The notes beneath the pieces were generated by a model that was not told the origin of the DNA, searched no databases, and worked only from the letters and a program-made list of their open reading frames with translations. From positions 78,336 through 142,335 of the forward strand of contig CAAGME010000037.1 in NCBI GenBank assembly GCA_900770945.1: DNA of 64,000 bases. Direction: 5' to 3'. Source of the stretch: Clostridia bacterium (GTDB taxonomy: Bacteria > Bacillota > Clostridia > Christensenellales > Borkfalkiaceae). Below, piece by piece: positions 1 to 8,220 of this stretch (positions are counted from its first letter, which is position 1; every line of letters starts with the position of its first letter). The position numbers and the translations under genes are program-made.

Positions 1-485
1 AGAACGATTGTTTTTGCAAGCGTGTAAGCAAGTTCGAAAACCGAGCTTCTCGCTATCGTTCCGATTATTCCGCGCAAGAAAGGCAAGCGGGAAATTGAGG
101 ACATATAACCGTTCAAAACGTAAGAAACGACGTAATTGCAAATACCGAGCAAGTACGAACGGATAAACAAAATCACCGCCACAAGCACGAGCGCAAGACG
201 AATTTCGGACATGTGCGCGCCGATGAATTCCATAAGCGCGGTAAAGCATTCTTTTATGTTGCCTGTTTCGGTGAAGTTGCCGGTTATGAAAGCGTGAACG
301 GTATCTTGCAAAGCCTTAAGGAACGCCGAAAAGCTTTGGCTTTTTACGATAACGTCAAGCGGACCTTTGCAGACGGCGACAATCGCGAAAAAGGAAAGCA
401 TAGTTACGACAAGCCTATACATCATGGTTTTAAGCGACAAATTTATATTATTAACGAATAACTTGAATGCGTTTTTCAAAAACAT
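1..485 (-). CDS. Partial polytopic membrane protein of unknown function; the gene runs off the window start
   Basis: Minus-strand frame is open from the ATG at 485 (AGGTGA RBS 7 nt upstream) to position 1. Translation MFLKNAFKLFVNNINLSLKTMMYRLVVTMLSFFAIVAVC...LALVLVAVILFIRSYLLGICNYVV is strongly hydrophobic. Not in the ORF track because it is truncated by the window edge. Confidence 0.4.
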   Translation of the reverse strand, partial: MFLKNAFKLFVNNINLSLKTMMYRLVVTMLSFFAIVAVCKGPLDVIVKSQSFSAFLKALQDTVHAFITGNFTETGNIKECFTALMEFIGAHMSEIRLALVLVAVILFIRSYLLGICNYVVSYVLNGYMSSISRLPFLRGIIGTIARSSVFELAYTLAKTIV

Positions 486-584
486 TGTTGTTCACCTTGT
501 TTCGTTTTGCCCGCAATAACCGAGCTTTATATTATTAAGTATACAATAAAATGCCGAACATTGCAAGCAAACGAGTAATAAAAA

Positions 585-700
585 GAAAATATGCGTGCGC
601 TGCACGCACGATATTTGCGCAAAAGGCGCAAACGATATGCCTTACGGCTCGATATTTGCCTATCGGCAATCGATATTCGCGCAAGCGCGAGAGGTTTTTA
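585..700. repeat. Array of five different perfect mini-palindromes (stems 3-7 bp, loops 3-5 nt) separated by a fixed CGATAT(T) hexamer
   Basis: Plus strand reads tgcgtgc-gct-gcacgca CGATATT ttgcgc-aaaag-gcgcaa ACGATAT gcc-ttac-ggc TCGATATT ttgcc-tatc-ggcaa TCGATATT cgcgc-aag-gcgcg agaggttttt. A near-consensus sigma-70-like promoter (TTGCCC-17-TATTAT, 507-535) points into it on the plus strand. Confidence 0.5.
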
Positions 701-998
701 CAAGGACGAATTGAAAGTTGAAAGATAACCGCCAAAAACTTTTAACTTTAACCTTTCAACTTCCAATTAAAAAAATCCCCTCATCCACCGCCGACGCGAC
801 GGCGGTCCCCCTTCTCCACAAAGCTCGGCAAAGCCGAGCGGGCGAAGGTCGGTATGGGTGACGAACCACCGCGGCGTAACGGTCTGCTTTTACGCAAAGC
901 CTGCCGATTTGTGGCTCTGCGGGCGAAGGTCGGTGTACGATTTCAACTTTTCGGTCACAAAAAAAAAGACCCTTGCGGCTCTTTTTAATCGTATTATT

Positions 999-2360
999 TT
1001 AGTTTTTGGAACCAGATTTTGTTTCAAGCTTGACTTCTTCCTTCGGTTTGATGCACAAAAGCACGATTATCGCGATAAAGCATGCCGCGCTTATGGAAAG
1101 GAAAATAATCGAAGTGGTGTTGTACTTGAAAAATTCTTTTTCCTGCTTAACTCTCGTGAATTGCTTGGTGCAGTCGATGGGTTTGGAAATTACTTTGTCT
1201 TCCATATTGTAAGCGTCCACAACGCGAAGCCCTACGTAATAGTAACCTTTGGTATCGGGCGTAAAGGTGAGCGAGCCGGTTTTGAATTTTGCGTAATCTT
1301 TGTCGTCCTCGGTAAGATTCTTAAAGCCCTTTGCCGCCTTGATTTTAGCAAGGTAAGCTTCCGTCGATTCGCCCTCGGTGTACTCTACTAATTCGGTGGT
1401 AAAGTAAAGGCTGTACTCCGACTTATAATCGGTAGCGGTAATCGTGAAGCAATCGCTTACCTTGGTGTATTCGAGGTTAAGATATGCCTGTTTGGAATTG
1501 TTGACGACAATCTGCGGGTTGGTAGAAGATGCGACGGTGAACTTGAAGGTCGGGATAATAACGTCACCGGTAGCGTTGCCGTCGTCGTCCTTTTTATACC
1601 AGCCGCCCTCGCCTTCGACAAGTTCGTCGGTACTTAGCGTTCCGGAGGGGTTGGGGCAAACGTAAGTAACGTAGAACGAGTAAGTGCCGACCTTGTCGAG
1701 CTTAAAGGAGCTTGACGAGGTGGTGGAATAGGTGGAAGAAGAAGGTACGCAATAGTGGATTGTAGCGTCGAGATCGTCATAAGCAAAGTACTTGCTCGAA
1801 ACGATTGCGGACATACCCTTTTCGTCGTTCAATTCGATATCGGAAACGGAAAAACTGTCGCCCGTTTTTTTGTTCTCGGCGGCTTTTTCTACTGCGGACT
1901 GAAAATCGGCGGTTTTCGCGATATCGTAAGATACGTCGACTTCGTCGACTTGCTCGTAATTTTTAGTTAAAACGTCAACGGTTTTTTCGACCGTTTCACC
2001 CTTTTTTACGGTGAAAGTATAAGTACCCTCGGCAAGGAAAACCACTTTGTCAACGCCCTTGGAAAGGGTTTTTGAGTAAGCTTCCTCGTCTTTTTTATCG
2101 TCGCCGGTGACTTCCGCGACAGCCGCGCCGGACTTATCTTTCGTCCAACGATAAGTTGCCGTTCTGCCGTCGAAGATATCCTTACCCTCTTCCGCAACGA
2201 TTCCGAATTCTTTCATCAAATATTCGGCGGTGTATTCGTAACCCATAATTTTAACAATCGGGTCGCCCTCCGCGTTGGCGGCGGTCGTTACGGGAACGAA
2301 GGTGAAGCAAATTGCAATTATAAGTAAAACTGCAAGGCTGAAAATAGTTTTGCGTTTCAT
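999..2360 (-). CDS. Cell-surface protein: N-terminal signal peptide, C-terminal transmembrane anchor, no recognisable catalytic domain
   Basis: N-terminus MKRKTIFSLAVLLIIAICFTFVPVTTAANA is a signal peptide. C-terminus SIIFLSISAACFIAIIVLLCIKPKEE is a TM helix plus basic tail. Body is Thr/Ser/Tyr-rich and beta-like. Start moved to the ATG at 2360 (AGGAG upstream). Confidence 0.55.
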   Translation of the reverse strand: MKRKTIFSLAVLLIIAICFTFVPVTTAANAEGDPIVKIMGYEYTAEYLMKEFGIVAEEGKDIFDGRTATYRWTKDKSGAAVAEVTGDDKKDEEAYSKTLSKGVDKVVFLAEGTYTFTVKKGETVEKTVDVLTKNYEQVDEVDVSYDIAKTADFQSAVEKAAENKKTGDSFSVSDIELNDEKGMSAIVSSKYFAYDDLDATIHYCVPSSSTYSTTSSSSFKLDKVGTYSFYVTYVCPNPSGTLSTDELVEGEGGWYKKDDDGNATGDVIIPTFKFTVASSTNPQIVVNNSKQAYLNLEYTKVSDCFTITATDYKSEYSLYFTTELVEYTEGESTEAYLAKIKAAKGFKNLTEDDKDYAKFKTGSLTFTPDTKGYYYVGLRVVDAYNMEDKVISKPIDCTKQFTRVKQEKEFFKYNTTSIIFLSISAACFIAIIVLLCIKPKEEVKLETKSGSKN

Positions 2361-2514
2361 GTGAGCCATACTCCTAAGTATGCGGGCATAGTTTCCCGCT
2401 TGTAATCCTCTTAATTTTACTTCTTTACGGGCGTTTTGTCAAGACTTCTTTAACGCCTATAAAGTTTTTTTTTAAAATTTGACGTTATTTTTGCAAAAAT
2501 AATTCTAAAAAAGC

Positions 2515-3225
2515 TTATTTACCGTAAACGAGAACGTCGTCGGTAATATCAAAGTACTTCCAGGGCGTGTTTTCGACGGGCGGAAAAACTTTGAACGTTA
2601 GCCGCTCTTTGGACACGGGGTGGGAAAACGAAAGGGAAGCCGCCCACAAGGCTATGCGACCTTTAACGGCTTTTTCGCCGCCGTAACGCATATCGCCGTA
2701 GACGGGAGTGCCGCGCGACGAGCTTTGAACGCGTATCTGGTGAGTTCTGCCCGTGTGCAGTTCTATCATAACGAGAGATAAGCCCTTCTTTTCGTCTATA
2801 ACGCGATATTCGAGTTCCGCAAGTTTCGCCCCCTCTACCGTGGACGGGCAGACGTAAACCATATTGTTGACGGTGTTCTTTTTCATGTAATCCGTCCATA
2901 TTCCGCGTTTTTCTTTCGGGCTGCCGACAAGTACCGTGAGGTATTTTTTTGAAAAGTCGCCCTCGCGCATTTGCTCGGAAAGCCTTGCCGCCGCTTTGGA
3001 ACTTTTAGCGTACACCATGACTCCGCCCGTAACCCGGTCGAGCCTATGCACCAAGCCGACGTAAACGTTACCGGGCTTATCGTACTTTTCCTTGATGTAC
3101 TCTTTTATCACGGTGAGCAGGTCTTTATCCCCCGTCGCGTCTTCGCAGCACGGAACGTTTTGCGGTTTGAAAACGACGATTATGTGATTGTCCTCGTATA
3201 AAACTACCAAATCTTCTTTAGTCAT
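2515..3225 (-). CDS. RluA-family pseudouridine synthase
   Basis: HRLDRVTGGVMVYAKS catalytic Asp motif and a HQIRVQ-type C-terminal motif; 236 aa. Confidence 0.8.
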   Translation of the reverse strand: MTKEDLVVLYEDNHIIVVFKPQNVPCCEDATGDKDLLTVIKEYIKEKYDKPGNVYVGLVHRLDRVTGGVMVYAKSSKAAARLSEQMREGDFSKKYLTVLVGSPKEKRGIWTDYMKKNTVNNMVYVCPSTVEGAKLAELEYRVIDEKKGLSLVMIELHTGRTHQIRVQSSSRGTPVYGDMRYGGEKAVKGRIALWAASLSFSHPVSKERLTFKVFPPVENTPWKYFDITDDVLVYGK

Positions 3226-4075
3226 TGATGAAAATTCCTCCCGCGCCGCACGGCAGAGCTATGCCCTCTTCCGTCGGCAAACCCACTTCGTAGGCTTCTA
3301 TTCTGCCGCGACCGTTCGCAACGGCGAGCGTAAGCACGTTTTTAAGTACGCACGGTTGAAGCCCCGTGGTGTAGCTGTTTATAAGGAAAAACAACGGATT
3401 GTCGCTTAAAACCTCGGAACAGAGTTTAACGAGGTCGTAAAGCTGGTCTTCGATTTTCCACATTTCGCCGTTAGGTCCTCTGCCGTAGCTCGGCGGGTCC
3501 ATGATAACGGCGTCGTATCTTCTGCCGCGTTTTATTTCGCGCCTGACGAATTTTACGCAATCGTCGATGATAAACCTCACGGGCTTGTCCGAAAGCCCGG
3601 AAAGCCTTACGTTTTCGCCCGCGCGCTCGACCATGCCTTTGCTTGCGTCCACATGGCAGACGGACGCGCCCGCATTAAGGCATGCGCACGTTGCCCCGCC
3701 CGTGTAAGCGAAAAGGTTCAAAACCGAAATAGGTCTGCCGGCGTTTTTGATAAGAGCCGTCATTTTATCCCAGTTTGCGGCTTGCTCCGGGAAAAGCCCG
3801 GTGTGCTTAAAACCCATAGGCTTAACCTTGAATTTAAGCGAGCCGTATGATATAACCCAATCCTCGGGTACTTTTTTGAAGTATTCCCAGCCGCCGCCCC
3901 CTTTGTCGCTGCGAGTGTAGCGCGCGTGGACGGGATAGGAAAACAAATCAATCGAGCTTTTCCAGATAACCTGCGGGTCGGGGCGGAGAAGAATTATATC
4001 CTTCCACCGCTCTAATTTGTACCCGTCGCCCGTGGCTATTACGGAATAATCGTTCCATTTGTCCGCTATAAGCAT
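3218..4075 (-). CDS. Class I SAM-dependent (likely rRNA) methyltransferase, RlmI/RlmK-like
   Basis: DAVIMDPPSYGRG (DPP[FY] motif) and a Rossmann fold GxGxG-like region FAYTGG; overlaps the rluA-like stop by 8 nt. Confidence 0.65.
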   Translation of the reverse strand: MLIADKWNDYSVIATGDGYKLERWKDIILLRPDPQVIWKSSIDLFSYPVHARYTRSDKGGGGWEYFKKVPEDWVISYGSLKFKVKPMGFKHTGLFPEQAANWDKMTALIKNAGRPISVLNLFAYTGGATCACLNAGASVCHVDASKGMVERAGENVRLSGLSDKPVRFIIDDCVKFVRREIKRGRRYDAVIMDPPSYGRGPNGEMWKIEDQLYDLVKLCSEVLSDNPLFFLINSYTTGLQPCVLKNVLTLAVANGRGRIEAYEVGLPTEEGIALPCGAGGIFIND

Positions 4076-4086
4076 AATTTTTACCG

Positions 4087-7000
4087 TTAAATCTTTTTTA
4101 CGCCGACCGTCGCTTTTTCGCCGTTGACGTCAAGTTCCTTGACGAAGCCTTGCGGCTCGGCATTCTCGTAAGTTTCCGCAAGAACGGCTTTCTTTATGCC
4201 GTCTTTACGCGTTTCGAACGTTTTTAAAACTTCGCCGTCCGCCTTATAAGTCACGGCTATTCTGTCGGTCACGACAAAGCCGGCTTCCTTGCGCATGTTC
4301 TGTATTTTGGAGATGATTTCACGCTCTATTCCTTCATAAATAAGTTCGGGCGTGAGCGTTACGTCGAGAACGACGGTGTTGCCGTTTTCGCTTGCCGAAA
4401 CGTAACCTTCCTTGCTTTCGGTGGAAACGAGCAAATCGTCCTCGGTGAGTTCTACTACTTTGTCGTCGAAAGTTATCTTGTAAACTTCGCCTCTTCTGAC
4501 CGTTTTTACGACTTCGGAAGCGTCGCAAGTTTCAAAATACGCTCTTATCTTACCCAAAAGCGCGCCGTACTTGGGTCCGAGCGTTTTGAGCTGCGGCTTT
4601 ATCTTATACGAAATAAAGTCGGTAGCGTCCGTTAAAACTTCAAATTCTTTTACGTTGAGTTCGCCCTGCGCTATCTCGTAAAATTCGCCCGCAAGCGGTT
4701 TGCCGCCGCCCACCGAGAAGTAAAGTTTTTGCAGCGGTTGACGGTTTTTTATCTGCGAAGCGTTTCTCGCCGCTCTGCCGAGGACTACTATATCTTCGAC
4801 TTCTTCCATATCGGATTCAAGCTCGGTATCGATATATTTTTCGTCCGCCGTCGGGAAAGCGCAAAGATGTACCGATTCGGGCGCGTCTTTGAAAAACTCC
4901 GGCACGAGGTTCAGATAAATGCTTTCGGCGATGAACGGCGTGAACGGAGCCGTGAGTTTTGCAAAAGTTACGAGAGTGGTGTAAAGGGTGGTGTAAGCCG
5001 CCTTTTTGTCTTCCGTCATTCCTTCGCCCCAGTATCTCTCGCGCGAACGGCGGATATACCAGTTGGAAAGCTCGTCCACGAAGCTCTGCATAAGCCTTGC
5101 CGCCTCGAAAGTCTTGTACTCGGAAAGATATCCGTCCACCGCCTTAACGAGCGAATTAAGCTTAGACAAAAGCCATTTATCCATAATGGTAAGTTTGCAG
5201 TCGTCAAGCGTGTACTTTGACGGGTCGTATTTGTCTATTTCGGCATAAAGCACGAAGAATGCGTAAGCGTTCCATAGCGTACCCATGTACTTTGCCTGAC
5301 ATTCGCTGACGGCTTTCTCGTAAAATCTCGACGGAAGCCAGGGAGCCGAAGAAGTATAGAAATACCACCTTACGGCGTCCGCGCCCTGTTTGTTCAAAAC
5401 GGTCCACGGGTCGACTACATTGCCGAGGTGTTTTGACATTTTCAAACCTTTTTCGTCGTTGACGTGTCCCAAAACTATGCAGTTTTTGAACGCCGCTTTG
5501 CCGAAAAGCAAGGTGGAAATGGTCAAAAGCACGTAGAACCAGCCCCTCGTCTGGTCGATTGCCTCGCTGATAAAGTCCGCGGGGAAGTGCTTTTCGAAAA
5601 GTTCTTTGTTTTCGAACGGATAGTGGAACTGCGCAAAAGGCATGGAGCCCGAATCGAACCAGCAGTCGATTACTTCCTTTACCCTCTTCATTTTGCCGCC
5701 GCAATGGGGGCAGGTCATAGTCAGATTGTCGAGGAACGGGCGGTGAAGCTCTACGTCCTCTTTTAAGCCGCATTTTTCTTTTAATTCCGCGCGGCTACCG
5801 ACAACGTGGTACTTGCCGCAATCGGGGCAGACCCACACGGGAAGCGGCGTTCCCCAGTATCTCTCGCGCGAAAGACCCCAGTCTACGACGTTTTCGAGGA
5901 AGTTACCCATTCTGCCCGTTTTTATTGTCTCGGGCATCCAGTTGACGGAATCGTTTGATTTTAAGAGTTGTTCTTTTACCGCCGTCGTTTTTACGAACCA
6001 GCTCGAACGCGCGTAGTAGAGGAGCGGAGTGCCGCAACGCCAGCAGTGCGGATAGGAGTGTTCGTAAAGCATATCCTTGAAAAGAACGTTTCTTTCTTTC
6101 AATTCTTTTATAATAAGTTTGTCCGCGTCCTTAACGAACATGCCTTTATAAAGCGTTACTTCGTCCTTAAATCTGCCGCGGTCGTCTACCATCTGAACGA
6201 ACGGAAGATTGTATTTTTGACCGACTCTGCCGTCGTCCACGCCGAACGCCGGGGCGATATGGACTATGCCCGTGCCGTCGGTAAGCGTGACGTAATCGTC
6301 GCAAGTGACGAAAAACGCCTTTTCGCGGAATGAGCCGAGCGCGCAGTCGTACATAGGCTCGTATTCGGTGTACTCGTAGTCCGCGCCTTTCTTTACGCTC
6401 TTTACTTCGTAAGTTCCCTCTTCGAAAAGGGTCGGGATAAGGGCTTGGGCGAGAATGTACGTTTCGCCGCTCGATACTATTTCCGCATAATCCTCTTTTG
6501 CGTTCATACAGAGCGCGACGTTAGAAGGAAGCGTCCAAGGCGTCGTTGTCCAGACAAGAAAATACTTGTCTTCGCCTTTAAGCTTAAACTTGACGAAAAC
6601 AGATTTTTCCTTTACGTCCTTATACCCTTGCGCTACTTCGTGACTTGCGAGCGCGGTGCCGCAACGCGGGCAGTACGGAACGATTTTATAACCCTTATAT
6701 AATAAGCCCTTTTTGTCGATTTCCTTTAAAGCCCACCAGACGGACTCGATATAATCGTCATGGTAGGTAACGTACGGATGTTCCATATCCACCCAGTACG
6801 CGAGCCTTTCGCTCATTTCTTTCCATTCGTTGGAATATTTCCAGACGGATTTTTTGCATTCTTCGATGAACGGTTCTATTCCGTACTTTTCGATATCCTG
6901 CTTGCCGTCAAGTCCGAGTTTCTTTTCGATTTCAAGCTCCACGGGAAGCCCGTGCGTGTCCCAACCGGCTTTGCGGAGAACGTGCATGCCCTTCATCGTT

Positions 7001-7215
7001 TTGTAACGCGGGAAAATGTCCTTCATAACGCGCGTTAAAACGTGACCTATATGCGGCTTGCCGTTCGCCGTAGGCGGTCCGTCGTAGAACGTAAATTCTT
7101 GTCCGCCCTCGGTGTTCTTTATTGACTTTTCAAAAACCTTTTCTTCGTCCCAAAACTTCAAAACCTCTTTTTCGCGGTCTAAAAAGTTAAGAGAAGCGTC
7201 AACCTTTTTATACAT
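4087..7215 (-). CDS. ileS: Isoleucine--tRNA ligase
   Basis: 1042 aa; HIGH motif PPTANGKPHIGHVLTRV; KMSKS motif KMSKHLGN; zinc-binding CPRCG and CPHCGG motifs. Confidence 0.95.
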   Translation of the reverse strand: MYKKVDASLNFLDREKEVLKFWDEEKVFEKSIKNTEGGQEFTFYDGPPTANGKPHIGHVLTRVMKDIFPRYKTMKGMHVLRKAGWDTHGLPVELEIEKKLGLDGKQDIEKYGIEPFIEECKKSVWKYSNEWKEMSERLAYWVDMEHPYVTYHDDYIESVWWALKEIDKKGLLYKGYKIVPYCPRCGTALASHEVAQGYKDVKEKSVFVKFKLKGEDKYFLVWTTTPWTLPSNVALCMNAKEDYAEIVSSGETYILAQALIPTLFEEGTYEVKSVKKGADYEYTEYEPMYDCALGSFREKAFFVTCDDYVTLTDGTGIVHIAPAFGVDDGRVGQKYNLPFVQMVDDRGRFKDEVTLYKGMFVKDADKLIIKELKERNVLFKDMLYEHSYPHCWRCGTPLLYYARSSWFVKTTAVKEQLLKSNDSVNWMPETIKTGRMGNFLENVVDWGLSRERYWGTPLPVWVCPDCGKYHVVGSRAELKEKCGLKEDVELHRPFLDNLTMTCPHCGGKMKRVKEVIDCWFDSGSMPFAQFHYPFENKELFEKHFPADFISEAIDQTRGWFYVLLTISTLLFGKAAFKNCIVLGHVNDEKGLKMSKHLGNVVDPWTVLNKQGADAVRWYFYTSSAPWLPSRFYEKAVSECQAKYMGTLWNAYAFFVLYAEIDKYDPSKYTLDDCKLTIMDKWLLSKLNSLVKAVDGYLSEYKTFEAARLMQSFVDELSNWYIRRSRERYWGEGMTEDKKAAYTTLYTTLVTFAKLTAPFTPFIAESIYLNLVPEFFKDAPESVHLCAFPTADEKYIDTELESDMEEVEDIVVLGRAARNASQIKNRQPLQKLYFSVGGGKPLAGEFYEIAQGELNVKEFEVLTDATDFISYKIKPQLKTLGPKYGALLGKIRAYFETCDASEVVKTVRRGEVYKITFDDKVVELTEDDLLVSTESKEGYVSASENGNTVVLDVTLTPELIYEGIEREIISKIQNMRKEAGFVVTDRIAVTYKADGEVLKTFETRKDGIKKAVLAETYENAEPQGFVKELDVNGEKATVGVKKI

Positions 7216-7620
7216 AAGAGTTCTGCTCCTTTTTCGTTTTTAACGAATTGTTACAAGTTTTTTTTTGCTTTTTTCGGGCGGAACGCTTTTTTTACTATAA
7301 AAAACAAAAAAATCCGCCTCCTTACAGAGACGAAAAAATCCGCGGTACCACTCTGTTTCGGCTTTCCTTTTTCGTAGCTTTTGCGCCTTTAAGTACGGGT
7401 TTTGTACTTTTTGCGTTTTTGTACGGGGAAGCCGCTCTTATCAGCCCTTTTTTGCGGTTAAGGCTCACCTCTTTTTATTCCGCCCGCTTTTCCTTCGCCT
7501 TTTGTTCGCGCGGTTTTCGCCGCCCATGCGAACGCTTGCGGGGTTTTGCCGCAAACGAGAAAGAAAAAGCCACGTCTTGAAAGAAAGCAAACGGAAGGAT
7601 ACCCTTAAAGAATTAGCCTT
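7216..7620 (-). promoter_or_regulatory. T-box riboswitch leader of ileS (antiterminator/terminator)
   Basis: Minus strand at ~7329-7347 reads AACAGAGUGGUACCGCGG, one mismatch from the T-box consensus AAnnnGGGUGGnACCGCG. It is followed by a GC stem and a U-run (…GGAGGCGGAUUUUUUUGUUUUUU) about 100 nt upstream of the ileS ATG. Stem I and the specifier were not resolved by eye. Confidence 0.55.
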
Positions 7621-7829
7621 GCGGACTCCCACCGTAACCGCTCGCTTGAAAGGACTCCTTTAAGAACTTGTTTCCGTTTATGGCTTGACTTGCCCGAAAG
7701 CTCGGTTTGCACCGCTAAAAATTCGGACTATTACTATTTTACCAAACAAAACGAACTCTGTAAAGCGAATAAACGCGAAAACGCGTAAAAAAGAGTTGCT
7801 TTTTTTCTTTTATTATAGTAAAATATCGT

Positions 7830-8152
7830 TACTGCGCTAAGCGGGGAGATAGCGGTGCCCTGTACCAGCAATCCGCTACAGCTGGGCTGAAGGTCCCCCG
7901 AGGCGGCGCGCATGGAAGGCAGGTTTCGGTAAGGAGCGTTGATATTAAGGTCTTATGCAACGGGCGGTCGCGAACCGCGTCAGGATAGGGATATAGCAGC
8001 GCTAAACGATTTTTGCCCGTGTGCCATAAGGAAGCTTTGAAGGAGCCGCCTGTCGGAATATCGCTTCGGTGTTCGCCGTCGACGGGGAATGCGCAGTATT
8101 TTTGAATATTTTTCCGCCGTGGAGGCATTCACCCCCACGGCGGTTTTTTTGT
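7830..8152 (+). ncRNA. ffs: Long (Bacillus-type, Alu-domain-containing) signal recognition particle RNA (scRNA)
   Basis: GCGCUAAGCGGGGAGAUAGCGGUGCCCUGUACCAGCAAUCCGCU aligns almost base-for-base with the 5-prime Alu domain of B. subtilis scRNA (GUGCUAAGCGGGGAGGUAGCGGUGCCCUGUACCUGCAAUCCGCU). Domain-IV-like GUCAGG…AGCAGC is present. Promoter TTGCTT-17-TAAAAT at 7796-7824. Rho-independent terminator ccgccgtgg…ccacggcgg plus T7 at 8118-8152. No downstream plus-strand CDS. Confidence 0.8.
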
Positions 8153-8220
8153 ACTATCAATTTCAGTTGCCGACAAATTGTAATCAACTCGCTTTTTTTG
8201 TTTTCTCCCCTCTTAAAACT

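Noticed and set aside
213-461. Plus-strand 82-aa ORF (GTG start)
   Set aside because: It lies entirely inside the better-supported minus-strand membrane protein frame (1-485) in the same codon register, has no RBS, and its translation shows no recognisable motif.
4334-6333. Multiple 60-190-aa ORFs on both strands inside ileS (for example 5204-5773, 4729-5220, 5968-6333)
   Set aside because: They are embedded in a 1042-aa gene with unambiguous class I aaRS motifs; Arg-rich antisense translations of GC-rich coding DNA.
7829-8187. Minus-strand ORFs of 99 and 61 aa
   Set aside because: They overlap the SRP RNA gene, which has strong primary-sequence identity to B. subtilis scRNA; no RBS and odd composition.
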